Assembly: GCF_009914755.1 (NCBI RefSeq)
Contig: NC_060939.1
Source of the DNA: the human T2T-CHM13v2.0 reference genome, Homo sapiens
Length of the DNA: 64,000 bases
Reading direction: 5' to 3' (one strand)
Shown: positions 28,979 through 43,260 of the stretch, piece after piece
How positions within the stretch are numbered: position 1 is the stretch's first letter
Layout of the letters: every line of letters begins with the position of its first letter
Made by a program: the position numbers and the translations under genes
Notes under the pieces: generated by a model
What the model saw: the letters and a program-made list of their open reading frames with translations, nothing else
What the model was told of the DNA's origin: nothing
Database searches by the model: none

Positions 28979-29180
28979 TCTCTTCCACTTTTAAAGATGT
29001 GTTCACTTTGAGCCAACCCAGATAATCCAAATTAATTTACCTATTTTAAGGACAAATGATTACCAACTTTAATTCCATCTGCAACCTTAATTCTCCTTTT
29101 CCATGTAATGTAACATATTCACAGGTTCTGGCAATTTAGGATGTGGTTTTCTTTCCTGCATAATTATTCTGCCTATCACA
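28979..29180. mobile_element. MLT1 (MaLR) LTR fragment
   Basis: CCCAGATAATCCA, TTAATTCCATCTGCAA, GTAACATATTCACAGGTTCTGG, ends ATTCTGCCTATCACA. Confidence 0.7.
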
Positions 29181-29418
29181 ACTTCCAAAGTTGAACTATA
29201 TTGTGCAAGGTGGACATCCAAGCTACCAACAATGTTGAAAGCTTAGATTTGTTCAACACATTTACAGACGTTACATTCTTCTTTATGCCTGAAAGGTAGA
29301 CCTTATACATAAAGCATGAACAAGTAAATTGGTATGCTTTTTTGTAGGATTCTTGGCTCAGGGCCCAAGGAGCTTTACAGTACTTTTTAGATTTTAGATT
29401 TAAAAAAAAAAAAAAAGG

Positions 29419-29662
29419 GGCTGGGTGCAGTGGCTCGTGTCTGTAATGCCAGCACCTTGGGAGGCCAAAGGTGGGTGGATCACCTGAGCCTAGGAGTTCA
29501 AGACCAGCTTGGGCAACACAGCAAAACCCTGTCTCTACAAAAAATACAAAATTAGCCAGGCATGGTGACGCATGCCTGTAGTCGCAGCCACTCAGCAGGC
29601 TTAGGCAGGAGGATCACTTGAGACCGGGAGGCAGAGGTTGCAGTGAGCCGAGATCATGCCCT
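29419..29662 (+). mobile_element. Alu lacking its 3' end and tail
   Basis: GGCTGGGTGCAGTGGCTC ... GAGATCATGCC, then an abrupt switch to L1-like sequence. Confidence 0.88.
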
Positions 29663-29679
29663 GTGTTGGATTTTAAAGG

Positions 29680-31110
29680 AAATTTTGTGGCCCAAGAATA
29701 GCTAAAGTAGTCTTGAAAGAAGATCAGAGTGGAAGAACTTTCTCTATTAAAAACTTATATAAATCTACAGTCACTGATTTCATGAAATAAAGCCACAAGG
29801 ATAAACAAAAGAAATTAAATGCCTGGAAAAGGGTTCACATGTACACGGACACTTGCTTTATGACAAAACGCACACTTTAGTAGGGAAAGAATTAGTCAAT
29901 AAATCGTCCTGGAACAAGTGATAATCTGTATGGAAAGAAATGACTTATGTTCCATACCATATGCAAACATCAGTTTAAGAATGATTCGTATATTTCAACA
30001 TGAAAGACAAAACTGAAACTTTTGGAAGCTAATATAGATGAACAGGTTCATGCTCTTTGGCCAGGAAAATATTTCTTAAAAAAAAAATCAAAACGGCAAG
30101 TATTAAAAAATTGATAATTTTGACTACCTTAAAATTAAGAAATTTTGTTCTTGCAAAGTCACCATTAAGAAAAGAGAGGCAAGTCAGAGTAGAGAAGATA
30201 TCTGCAGTACCTTTAACAGACAAAAGACATGTATCAGAATATTCAAAGCGCTTCTACAAATCAATGTGACAGAGACAATCCAATAGAAAAATGGGCAAGA
30301 GACATGAAAAATACTTCACAAAAGAAATTCAGATATTTAAGAAACGTGGAAAAAAAAGTGCTTAACCTTATTAATAATCTGGGAAATGCGAATTAAAAAA
30401 AACTAGGCTCCACCATATGCCCACTAGAATGGCTGAAATTTTAAAAAGGGATTTATAGTACAAGTTTTTGAGAGGATGTTAGGTTATGGGAACTCAGCCA
30501 CTTTAAGAAACATCTTGACATTTACATACCCTGTGATGCATTAATTTCTTTTCATGGGTATACACTTGAGTAATACATGTACATGTGTGTGGAGGGATGT
30601 GTTAAAGAACGTTGGTAGCTGTTTGTAATAGCCTCACACTCAATATGATGTTCATCATAGTTGGCTACATAAATAAACTCATGATACATTCATACAGTGG
30701 AGTACTTTACAGCTGTAAAAATGGAATAACTATAGCTATGGATAAATATCACAAGATGTTTCTCAAATGAAGCCAGAAATCACACATTATGTGTGATTCC
30801 ACGTATATAAAGTAAAAACAAAACATGCAAAAATAAAACAGGTAAAATAAGCTATGATGATTAGGGATATGTGCTTATGCCATGAAACGGAAAATGAATA
30901 ACAGCAACAACAACCACAAAAGAGAGTTGCTACCACAATAATCAGGAAAATTGTTGACTTCTAGGTGTGGTGGAGGAGGGATTTAATGATTGTTGAATAG
31001 TGGGTGATTTTAGGAGTGCTCATATTCTCTTAGATCTGAATTGTAACTTGAGTTTGTAATCAGTCCTTGAATTGTGAATTTTTGTTTTATGTATTTTTAC
31101 ATCTCTGATA
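29680..31110 (+). mobile_element. Old L1ME-like ORF2 end and 3'UTR, sense
   Basis: A-rich L1 motifs CAATCCAATAGAAAAATGGGCAA and CCCACTAGAATGGCTGAAATT. Confidence 0.65.
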
Positions 31111-32347
31111 TATACTCAAAATCATATTTGACTGAATAAATATTGATAAGGTTAGACTTAGAGCACATTTATCAGGTTTGATTCAGATGATATGAGGTTA
31201 AAAGGTTTTAATATATTTGATATTTGAATCATGATGTAGAGAACCGAGATTATTTCTAGTAATGATAATTCATCTTTTTGTATGATTTAATTATTTGTAA
31301 AACATTTTTTCCCCCAGTAGTTATGACATCCTGAGAAGTATTTGAGATAGGCATAAGTATCTGCATTTTACAAATGAGGGAGCATTAATTATGAGAGTGA
31401 GTTGTTGGTGGTAGAGGATTAGAATCTCATTTTCATTTCTATGCCTTGCCTTGCTGTATCCTTTATTTCTCTTTTGTGTCCCATGTGAAGACAGGACGTT
31501 GTTCTTTATGTTGGTGTAATTAATCTGAGGATGAAAGAGCATGGATGGAGGGGCTCTCCTCTTAACAGGGCAGTTTACAAAGTCTCCTTTCTAATGATTT
31601 TCGTAATACTATGCTTATCTCTAAGGAGTTCAAGGTGCCCTGTGATTATATCATCAGTTCTTATAATTTCCTGTAGGAGTTTTGAGCCATAGTCTTGCTG
31701 TGCTTTGTAGAAATGAATTGAGGTAGTAGAAGACATGAATCACCGAAAATCAAATTATAATTCATTGATACATTTGATATTTTATAGACTGGTCATCCAG
31801 ATAAAAATTTTGAAGTTAGTAGTTTGGATGATTTACCATGATCAACTAATGGTTTATGTAGTTTTAAAATAATCATATGTCCTGTTTAAGGAAGCCCAAC
31901 TTAAAAAAACTTTGAACTTCAGCAGTTAAGTGAAGGGAGTGATTATTGACATTACAAAAAAAAATTACTTACAGCTTTAATCAAATTTAGTTAATTTCAC
32001 TGTGAATGTAAGGTACTTGCACTATATTTGCTATTCATTGTATAAAACATGTTGCATATTTCACTAATAGTAACAGGCTGTAAACAGTTTACCCTTAAGC
32101 TTCTTTTATTTTTCAACATTCAGCTTTGAATGTCTCTAATCTAAAAACACTGTGTGGAAGCATACAAAAATATATAACTTGTTATTAATCAGAGAAATCC
32201 AAATTAAAATAGAAAGATGCCATCTTTCAAACCATGTTTTAGATTTTTAGATGATTTCTCCCCTCCTCCCATCCTGTTTTTGTTTTGGTGTATTGACTAT
32301 TTTACCTAAAACATAAGAAGTAAACACATGATAAAAAGTAATACTTT

Positions 32348-32698
<351 letters not shown>

Positions 32699-34136
32699 TC
32701 AGTTGTCTTAACTTTTCTAACAAGTAGATAGTTTAGAGGTATCATAGCTAGACCACAGCTAGTCTTTGCAAAGTTGGAAAAGGCCCCTCTGATTTTAAGT
32801 AAATAGTGGCTTCTGCTACAGTTAAGGTGCTAGACAGTGGAAGACAAGTTGGCTTTCAGACCCCACCTGCTCACTCTTGGCCCCAGGCCCATGTGCATGG
32901 CATGACATTGTTCATAATGGCTTTGGGTCATAGTGATTTCTTGCTCTCTTCTAGTTAGTAAGGGATTATTTTTCTCAATGCTGTGTGTATTTTTGTATGT
33001 TTATTGATCTTATTTCTTGAATCAGATGTTAGTATTTTTGAATTTTACCTAAAAATGTATAATAACCTAATTTAATTCAGAACTTCATAAAATTAGTGTG
33101 AGTATTTGTAGGGTATGTTCTGCCTTTATGAAAGTTACATAAAGCCAAACTGCACTTTCAGGTAATGACCATAAGTCTATGAGATTTATATTCAAAGTAC
33201 AGTTTATGTTTTTGTTATCGAATCCTTTCTTTATGGCTGTGATTGTGTTTGTACGACATAATGTTGTATTTTAAAAACATATGATAATATAGCATGTACA
33301 ATTCAGGCTCAAATGGAATACCTTAGTCATTTTCCATAAAATAATAGCTTATGATAGTCTCAGGCTAATTTAGAATTTGAATTTTGCCTGGATTTAATTG
33401 TAAACATTAATTAAAACATCTTAGTTTAGTGGGAACAAAGAAAAATTATCTTATATTAAAAGTAATTAGAAAATAATTCCATAAGGGTAAAGAATCTGCC
33501 ATTGTGTTACAAATTATAGAATAATTCTCCTCAAGCTTGACAAAGAGAGTATACAGTATGAGTGGGTTTTTATTTATATATTTTATAAGAAAATATATGG
33601 CATCATTTTTGTGTGTGGAATGTAGTTGCCTTGTCTTATATTAAAACTGGGATTAAAATTAATTGGCATTTCTTGATTCTGGTTTTTCACCATCTTTTAG
33701 CAAAGTAGACAGCCACTTGGGTTTCTTACTTAGATCAATTTTTTTTCATTCTAGTGGATACTATTTAGAGGACCCAGGGTATCATATTTAAATACAGTAA
33801 AAATTTTAAATTAACCATCTTTTATATTACTGGAAGCATTTGAAATCAAGAATCGTATAGAGCACTGGCAGTGAACAATCCAAAAATGAAATTATGAAAA
33901 TTATATTTATAGTATTATCAAAATAATACAGTTCTTAGGAATAAATTTCACAAAAGACACAGAGCACCTGTACACTGAAAACTACAAAGTATCATTGACA
34001 GAAATTAAAGAAGACCTAAATAAATGCAAAGACGGTACCATCTTTATTGATTGGCAGATTTAATCTTGTTAAGATTATAGTCATCCCAAATTAATCAACA
34101 TATTTAACACAATTCCTATCAAAGTCCAGCTGGTCT

Positions 34137-34163
34137 CCCCCGCCCCCGCCCCCCCCCCCCCCC
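34137..34163. repeat. Poly-C tract
   Basis: CCCCCGCCCCCG followed by C15. Confidence 0.95.
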
Positions 34164-34556
34164 GAAATTGACAAACTGATCCTAAAACTCATACGGAAAT
34201 TGAAGATACTTAGAATAGCCAAAACAATCTTTAAAAAGGATAAAGTTGGAGGCCTCCCACTTTTGAATTTGAGAATTTACTACAAAGCTACTGTAACCTA
34301 GACAGTATGTTACTGGCATAAGGATAAACAGATCAATGGGACAGAATTAAGAGTCTAGAAATAAACCCATGCATTTATGGCCAATTGATTTTTTTTAATT
34401 ATTATTTTTTTTCACAATGATGCCAAGACAGTTCAATGGAGGGAAATAGCCTTTTTAACAAATGGTGTTCAGACCTCTAACACTATATACAAGAATTGGC
34501 TCAAAGTGGATCAAGTACTTAATGTAAGAGCTAAAACTATATAGGCTAAGTCTTCA

Positions 34557-35093
<537 letters not shown>

Positions 35094-35860
35094 TCAAAAA
35101 GGATTTTCTCCGAAGAAGATAAATAAATGACCAATAGGCACATGAAAAGATGCTTAATGTTATAGTTGTTAGGGAAATGCAGAATTAAAACCACAGCAAG
35201 ATACCACTTCACACCCACCATGATGGCATAATAAAAAAAGACAGAAAATAAGTGTTGGAGAGAATGTGGAGAAATTAGTATCCTCATACTTTGCTGGTGG
35301 TAATGTGAAATGCTTCAGACTCCTTAGAGAGTAGTCTGGCAGTTCCTCCAAAAGTTAAATGTTGTTACCATATGACCCAGCAGTTCTGCTCCTAGCGATA
35401 TATCTGGTAGAATTGAAAGTATATGTCTGCACAAAAACTTGTACACCGTTATTCATAGCAGCATTATTTATAATAGTCAAAGTGGAATCAACTCAGATGT
35501 CTATCACCTGATGAATGGGTAAATGAAATGTGGTGTATCCATACAGTACAATATTATTCAGCCAAAAAAGGATGAAGTACTGATTAATGTTATAACCCAG
35601 ATGAACCTTGAAAACATCATGTTAAGTGAGAGAAGCCAGACACAGAAAGCTACAGATTGTATAATTGTATATTTCCAGAATAGGCAAATTCCATAGAGAC
35701 AGAAAGTAGATGAGTATTTGCTGGGGACTAGGGAGAGGAAGGAGTGGGGAATGCCTGCTAATGAGTATCAAATTTCTTTTTGGGATGATAAAAATGTTCT
35801 ATAATTAGATAGTGGTAATAGTTGCACTGCTTTGTGAATACGATTTTTAGAAAAACACCG

Positions 35861-36169
<309 letters not shown>

Positions 36170-36261
36170 TCACTTTTAAAAGGTGAGTTTTACGGTATAT
36201 GAATACCATTCACATACCATATTTAAACTCAATTTAAAAATCATATAGAATTGAAGACACC

Positions 36262-36450
36262 ACCCTGAACAACACAGTGAGACCCCATTTCTTCAAAAAA
36301 CTTTTTTTAAAAATTAGCAGAGTCAGGGCAAAGGAGAGGAGCTGAGATGAGAGGGTTCCTTGAGCCTAGGAGGTTGAACTATGATTGTGCTACTGCGTTC
36401 CAATCTGGGTAACTGAGTGGAAACCCTGTCTTTAAAAAATAAATAAAGGA
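36262..36450 (+). mobile_element. Degenerate AluJ/FRAM remnant
   Basis: CCTGAACAACACAGTGAGACCCC...TTGAGCCTAGGAGGTTGA...CCCTGTCTTTAAAAAA. Confidence 0.6.
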
Positions 36451-37990
36451 AAACAGTGGTGTACTTCTAATAAACTGCTATCAAACCTGGATACTTTTGA
36501 CAGTGAGGGGTCTTACTTAATAGTTACACCTGTCTCAGGTAAACCAGAATGTATGTTCTCCCTACTTTGGTGTGTTGAAACTATTTTTCCTTCAGAAATG
36601 TGAAGAATATAAAATTCTTCTCATATTCTTCTTTAGCAAGTGAAAAAAAAAAAAGGAAAAGACCAAGAAAGCCATGTAATTCAAGGAAACGGGAGAGAGA
36701 GATTTCTCTATGGAAATGAAGGCCATAAATGTGTGTATAAATTGCAGTGCGTAGATATAATGCAATCAGGACTTGATTCATTTGTATGATTTTGCTACTT
36801 CACTCTTGTACATAGCCAATCAGTGTTTGAATAAAGAGTGTAATATTGTAATATAATAAAACAGAGGCTGTGAACTAAAGACGTACATCATCGTAATCTG
36901 TGGAGCTTTTAAAAAGTACTCTTGCTTGGATATTAGTCTCAATTATGATTTGCTGGTTTTATTGTGGGGCTAGGGCAAGTTTGTGCATGCAGAGTATATG
37001 TTTTAGTTCCTCAGTTGAATCCGGTGTTCTTTTAAATTGAGAACCACTGCATTAGATCAGTGAGTTTTATTGATCCATTTATTGAACTATCTAGTTATTA
37101 TTGTTTTATGCAACAATAGTAAACGGCAGTAGGAACTGAGAGAACCTCAATCTAAACAATACACACTTTAACAGTCCCCGCACCCACCCCTCCTAGGGCC
37201 ATCCCTGTGGGTAATCTAGCAATTGTGATTCCTCTAAGTCTTTAATAATTGAGATTGAGAGGAGTCATTTATTTCTCTTTTTTTAAAGGTACCTTGAAGC
37301 AGGAGTAGTAGTGGGAAGTAAGAAGCTCAAGTTCCTTTGCAAATGCTTGCAACTACAGTATATCCCTGGAAGGCAGGGAAAGGTTATCAGCGTTGATAGC
37401 AGAGCAGGAGGGATTGGGAAATGGAGACCTTTGAGGAGGTCAGAACTCTTAAATTAGCTGATAAGTGCTCAAGGCATTTGTATTTTGACAGCCCATGGTA
37501 GCATCAGATAAATTGCCTTTTAACGGGGAACGTATTGACATGTAGTGGTCCTTCCACATGCTCTAGTTTCCCTTGTGCAGCCATACACAACTTAGTAGAA
37601 ATTGTTTTAATATTCTACTACTGAAAAGTACCATAAACTCATGAAATTGGGGTTAGATGGCTCCTTGAAGGTTTTATCACATCAGTGGCATTTTTAACCA
37701 CTATTTAAATAGTTCCGGTGGTGATAATGTACTGTTATGGAAAAAGACATGATATTAGGGCCAAAATTTCAACTCTGCCTCCTAGTGTGACTTTGGGTGA
37801 GTACTGATTGTTTTTACTCGCAGTTGCTTCATTTAGAAAGTGGAACAGATGCCATCTACCTCACAGGGTTATTGTTACTGTTACATGAGATAATATATAT
37901 TAAGGTCTAACACAGCTACTGATAAATGTAGAAGATATTTAATAAATATTAAGTTACCTTCCCTTCTGCAGTTCAGTGAAGAATAACTTC

Positions 37991-38115
37991 TTTTTTTTTG
38001 GAGATGAGGTCTCACTATGTTGCTCAGGCTGGTCTTGAACTTCTGAGCTCAAGTGATCCCTCACCTCACCGTCCCAAAGTGCTGGGATCACAGGCGTGAG
38101 TCACCGCGCCAAGCC
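37991..38115 (-). mobile_element. FLAM (Alu monomer)
   Basis: Single left monomer with T tail; flanked by AATAACTT on both sides. Confidence 0.85.
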
Positions 38116-38229
38116 CAACAATAACTTATAACTCCAAAAAATTGGTTCTTAGAGAATGTCCAATAGCCTGGGATTGTGAAATCTCATACTTTGACTTTTG
38201 CTTTCATTTGTTAAGCAACTATGGTAGCA

Positions 38230-39000
38230 GCTGAGGTTATAGGAGTAAATACAACAGACTTGATCTTCTCCCTTGGTTACAGTTTGGTTGGGGGAAAAGA
38301 AATCAAACATTTAATTGTATAAGGAAGTAATTACAGTTGAGGTAAATGCCATAAGAGAGAAGTACAGTCTGTTAGGAAAGTGCATTAGAAATCCTAACAT
38401 AGTTTGGATGTTAGGGAACATTTCCTTGAGGAAATAATGGTAATACTGAGACACAAAGGATGGGTAGGACTGTCAGTAAGGAGAAGGGCTTGGGATAAGA
38501 GCTACTGAGAGAGAGCAAGGTGGTAGTATGTATGAAAGCCCTGAAACAGAAAGGAGTTAGGAGCTTTCTAAGTACATAACAGCTTGTGTCAAGAAGCTTG
38601 CTGGGCAAGAGGAAGTGTGGCATGGAATGAGGAGTTCCATGAGTAGAGGAGTGACAGGATAAGGCAGAGCCTTACAGGCCATGTTAAAGGCTTGGGCTTT
38701 TAAGAACAGTGATAAGTGACATGATTATATTGGCACGTTAAAAGGTTGCTGTAATGAAAATGAGGAAATTGCACTGGAGGGAAATAAAAGTGCCTGCTGA
38801 GACCAGTTAGGGGGCTGTTGCAATGCTTAGGGTAAAGGTGAACAGTGGCTGGTACAGAAAAGGAACAGGCTTGGTGTGTTTGGTTTAAGAAAATGTTGGG
38901 TTTTGAGATACCTGTAGGGTATCTTAAGTTGAGTAGTTGAGAATGTGGTTGGATATAGCCAGTTAGGCTAGTGAGGTAGCTCTGGCTGAGGCCTTTGCAG
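38230..39000 (-). mobile_element. L2 fragment
   Basis: Purine-rich L2 antisense motifs: CCTTACAGGCCATGTTAAAG, GTGACATGAT, GAGACCAGTTAGGGGGCTGTTGCA. Confidence 0.65.
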
Positions 39001-39087
39001 TAGGCTGATAAGCTGAGTTTCTGGTATTTGTCTTTTATGCAGACTTAACAGCAACTTGAGTGCATGTGTTGTGAGTATTTTTATACT

Positions 39088-39174
39088 CATTATTTTACAG
39101 TTTTTAATATTAAGTAATGATTATCACTTAAGTAATGGATATTGCATTATTTTACAGTTTTTAATATTAAGTAA
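39088..39174. repeat. 30-bp perfect direct repeat with 27-bp spacer
   Basis: CATTATTTTACAGTTTTTAATATTAAGTAA at 39088-39117 and 39145-39174. Confidence 0.93.
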
Positions 39175-39179
39175 CGGTA

Positions 39180-39700
39180 ATAATAATGGCCAACATTGAG
39201 CACATGTGCAGATTACTAGGCCAAATACTTCATATGTGTTATCTCTTAATCTTTACAAGTTTATGAGCTTTATTATTAGTCCAGTATTTTAAAGATTTGG
39301 CATCTGAAGCTTAGAGAAATTGAGTAACTTCTCAAGGCAACCCATGTAGTAAGAGGTGGAGCTGAGGTTTGAATGCAGGCGGGCATGCTGCAGACCCTGT
39401 CCTGTTAACCATGTTAACCACTACCGTATGCCACTTCTCTGTGAAATTTGAACCAACCAGACAAACCAAACAGAATGACTGAGGGACCATTTATTAGTGA
39501 ACTTTTATGGAAGACCTGTGTATACTACACGTTGTACTATAGGTGATTTGATACAGTCTCTTATTTACATCAACATTCACATGGCCTGTGAAGTATGGTT
39601 TTTGCCTCATTTTAAAAATGAAGAAACTGTGGCTGAGCAAGTAAGTGACTTGGTCAAGATCACTAATAGCTATTTAGTGGAACTTGGATTCAAAATGGAC
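39180..39700 (-). mobile_element. Two adjacent MIR fragments
   Basis: CTGAAGCTTAGAGAAATTGAGTAACTT and AAATGAAGAAACTGTGGCTGAG...AAGTGACTTGGTCAAGATCAC. Confidence 0.65.
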
Positions 39701-41959
39701 TCTTCTGTGTTATACTACTTAAAAATAAAAACTGTGTTGACTTAAAAATAAGAAAATTTCGCTGGGGAACACAATTAGATTTAGTGGTTCCCATATATCA
39801 AGCCACAGTCAGACTAGTTCTTAAAAAAAAATTAGATCTCAATGTTTAAAATTATAGATTGAATTTAGAGAACAAACAGATGAGAAAATTGAGATACTTA
39901 AAAATAAATAATAGGTATTTTACGTGTATACAAAGTAAAGACTTTATTAAAATTATTTTAGAAAAGATAAAATGAGAAAATATTTTCTAGGAAATGTGTA
40001 TCCATTTTATAATATCTGCGAATAGGTTAGACAAAATTACAATATTGATGACTGGGTTTTTTTTGTCAATAGTTAATTGTTAGCATTTGTATAGGACTGC
40101 ATCTTGATCTTGCTGTAATCACTCTGTCCTTTAAAATTTCTTCTGTTTCTTCCTTAGTTTTGAGAAGACAAATGGAAATTAAGTCAATGAGGTAACATAT
40201 TATAATGCATCTTAAATATTGGCTTCTTTTAGCATCAGAGTTAAGACTCATCTTACCAGTACTTTCTACTGCCTACTAAAAATTAATAAGAGGCAATTAA
40301 GCATAGTATTAACAGTGTAGCTCCTTTGGGATCTGGTTTTTGGAATACTCTGTTTTCAGTAAGCCCTTTGCAGAGAGATTTAGTCTTAGGTATATACTAA
40401 AATAAATATATATATATATACACCCATCATGTGCCTTCCACTTTTTTACTGACAGTTGATGATGAGGGACATCTTTTGGGTACCGGATATCTGTAAAGTA
40501 ATGTTATATTTGGTTTTCTTTCGGTCGATGGGTACACCATTGAGAGCTGTGGCCATGGGGCTTGTTATTACAGTAAGAAAAAGCCTATCTCCTGAGGCTA
40601 GCAGAACCTGTCTGAAACAGATAATTGGATTTTGATTGGTTGGCTGGATGTGAGAGCCTTTTTGAAGCAGTCTTATAAGGTGCTTTTGATTTTAGGAAGC
40701 CAAATCAACAAGTTACTCTTCCACTGTCTCCTGCCTTGTCTTTGTTACAGTCATTTATTTGTCTTTTTTCATGTGATTATGATCTGTGTATCTTACGAGA
40801 ATTGCTTGCTCTTCTTTGAATGCTGTCTTCTGTCACCCAGCACTGCTGTTCAGCAGTTTTTGAGGACTTAACTCACACATCATCATTTCTTATAAAGACT
40901 GCCATACTGAGTTACCTATAGGATATCAGAAACAGTCAACTTCAGAACTGTATGAGAAGTTTCATTTTTAAGGCCATATATGTGTTTGGTTTTTTTTTTT
41001 TTGGTATGGTCTGTATTTATTTGTAAGGTATCTTTGCTTTCTATTTCTAGCTTTCTGTATCATCTGGCATTTTGACTTAGATGATTTTGGTCTTCTTGAC
41101 ACTTTAGATATGTTATTAGTACAGTTTTTATGGCTAGAATAGAAAATATAAGATGAAATGACAGAGCAGAGAAAGAATATTTATGATTTGACATGAAAAT
41201 GACCTACCTAAAACATTTTTGAATGATGTATAATCTCCTTGTCCTTTTGGGAACAGATTATAATCAGCTCTTAAATTATCAGCATGTATGTATCAGGATA
41301 CTTTCTGCTGCAAGTAACAGAGGCTAATCAAAACAGGAAAGATTTTACCATCTCATATAATGAGAAGTACAGTAGGGTGGTTCCAGGGTTGGTTAACTCC
41401 AGTCACTCTTTCATCTTTTCTTTGTTATTTTCATTTTCTTCCACTCTTTCATTCTAAATTTTTTTTTGTTAAATTGCCCATAACTATTAGCATAGTCTCT
41501 AAGCAGTGTGTGGTTGACATAAACTGTGTTTATGCCTGTGGGGGAGAAGAAGCAGTAGTCATAGGCTTCTTTGCTCTGAATTGTTTCTAATGATTCTAGT
41601 GTATTTTCTGTTTCATCTTTTATTCTCGTAGTTGAACCCAAAGGAATATGAATTGTTGTCTAGATACCTAACAGTGTTTATTTGTAAATTACATGTAAAC
41701 ATTTAATGAAACAAACTTTAAAAAAGCACAGAAAATCAGTGTTTCTCTCTGTAGTCAGAAGCCCCACAGACAATAAAGCATCCTGTCAGTAAATCCATTG
41801 CACTTACTGTGATGTCCCTTGAGTTGTAAAACATACTAATCTTTGCTTAGCAGAAATTATAATCTTCAATTAATATTACATATTACATTTTTAGAAGTGC
41901 TTTATAGATATTAGAACCATGGAATGTTAGAGCTATGTTACCCTAAGAAGGATCGAGAA

Positions 41960-42580
41960 TCACTTGTGTAGTATTTTGGCTGGAACAATCCTAAACTGAG
42001 GAATATTCTGTATAATGACTGGCTTATATTCTTGAAAATGTCAGTGTCACAAAAGAGAGAGGCCAAGAAACTGCTCTAGATTACAGGAGACTAAAGAGAC
42101 TGACAACTAAATGTGATATATAATCCTGAATTGATCCTGTTACTGAAGAGGGTAAAAAATGCCCTAAAGAACATTATTGGGATAAGTTACAAAATTGCAA
42201 TTATGGCCTGCGCTTTAAAGTACTGCGGCAATGTTATATTTATTGAATTTGATAACTGTGCAGTGGTTATCTTTATATTAGAGAATATTCTTCTTAGGAA
42301 ATTTCGACTTTAAATATTGAGGTGTAAAGGGCGTGATATATGCAACTTACCCACAAGCGGTTCAGAATAATACATTTATTTATCTATGTTTATATAGATG
42401 TGTAGTACATATACACATAAACATATCCATGAGAGTGAGAAGAGAGAGAATGAAAGTTAATGAAAAATGTTAAAAATTGATGAATCTAGGTAATAGGCAG
42501 GCATTCTCTATACTGTTCTTGTAACTTTTCACTAAGTTTGAAATTATTTTTAAAATGCAAAGTTAAAGTTGTAAGTTAAA
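41960..42580 (+). mobile_element. Old L1 3'UTR (L1ME3/L1MC4-like)
   Basis: GGAGACTAAAGAGACTGACAACTAAATG ... CTTGTAACTTTTCACTAAGTTTGAAATTATTT. Confidence 0.65.
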
Positions 42581-43059
42581 AAGTAAAATAAAAACAGTTT
42601 TTCTAAATGGTTGCAAATATGAGTATACTTGCTAAAGACAAGCTTTATGTTTTAAGGCATGTGTGAAATTTAAATTGTGAAAGGATAGGTATACTGGATC
42701 TAGGAAGATCTACATTCCAAAGTATGAGCAAATAGGAGGTGGCAGCACTTGAAGCTTGAAAGATTATAACACCTCTGGCATGGCTATTGAGGATGGAAGG
42801 GGGAAGGAGGGAAAGAACCAGGCTGTGAGAGCGGTGGTGGATTTCTTTATGTCGCTAGGGTTTATAGTCAACGCTCCTTTGGCAGCAGTGAGATGAGGAT
42901 TTCTGTGGTAGGGCTGGGCAAGTAGCAGCCAGACTCCTTACCTTGGGGAGAGCCCTGGATCTACAGTCCCTGGGCAAGGCTGCTGCATTGCGCCTCAGAC
43001 TAGCTGCTCCGAAAACCAAGGCAGGGCTTTAGCTTCTCACCCCCTCATGAAGGCAGCAG

Positions 43060-43260
43060 AATACAGCGGTTGGAGTGCTCTTCTGGAATACCACAGACCT
43101 GAGTTGTCTTGGCTCCAGTATTTAGCATCTGCGACCTTGGCGGGGTGATATTTACTGCCTAGTCTTCAGTTATTTTTCAGATTTAAAATGGGGATAATAA
43201 TAATGCCTGTCTTATAAAGAGGTTGTAAGAATTTAAAAAGTTATGTGTGAAGTGTATTGC
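43060..43260 (+). mobile_element. MIR
   Basis: CAGACCTGAGTT...GACCTTGG...TAAAATGGGGATAATAAT. Confidence 0.65.

Noticed and set aside
37701-37712. Palindrome CTATTTAAATAG as a MEF2 site
   Set aside because: Six A/T bases between CTA and TAG rather than the four in the MEF2 consensus.
39088-39174. CRISPR-like repeat-spacer-repeat
   Set aside because: Only two repeats, the spacer derives from local sequence, the context is a primate intron and there are no cas genes.
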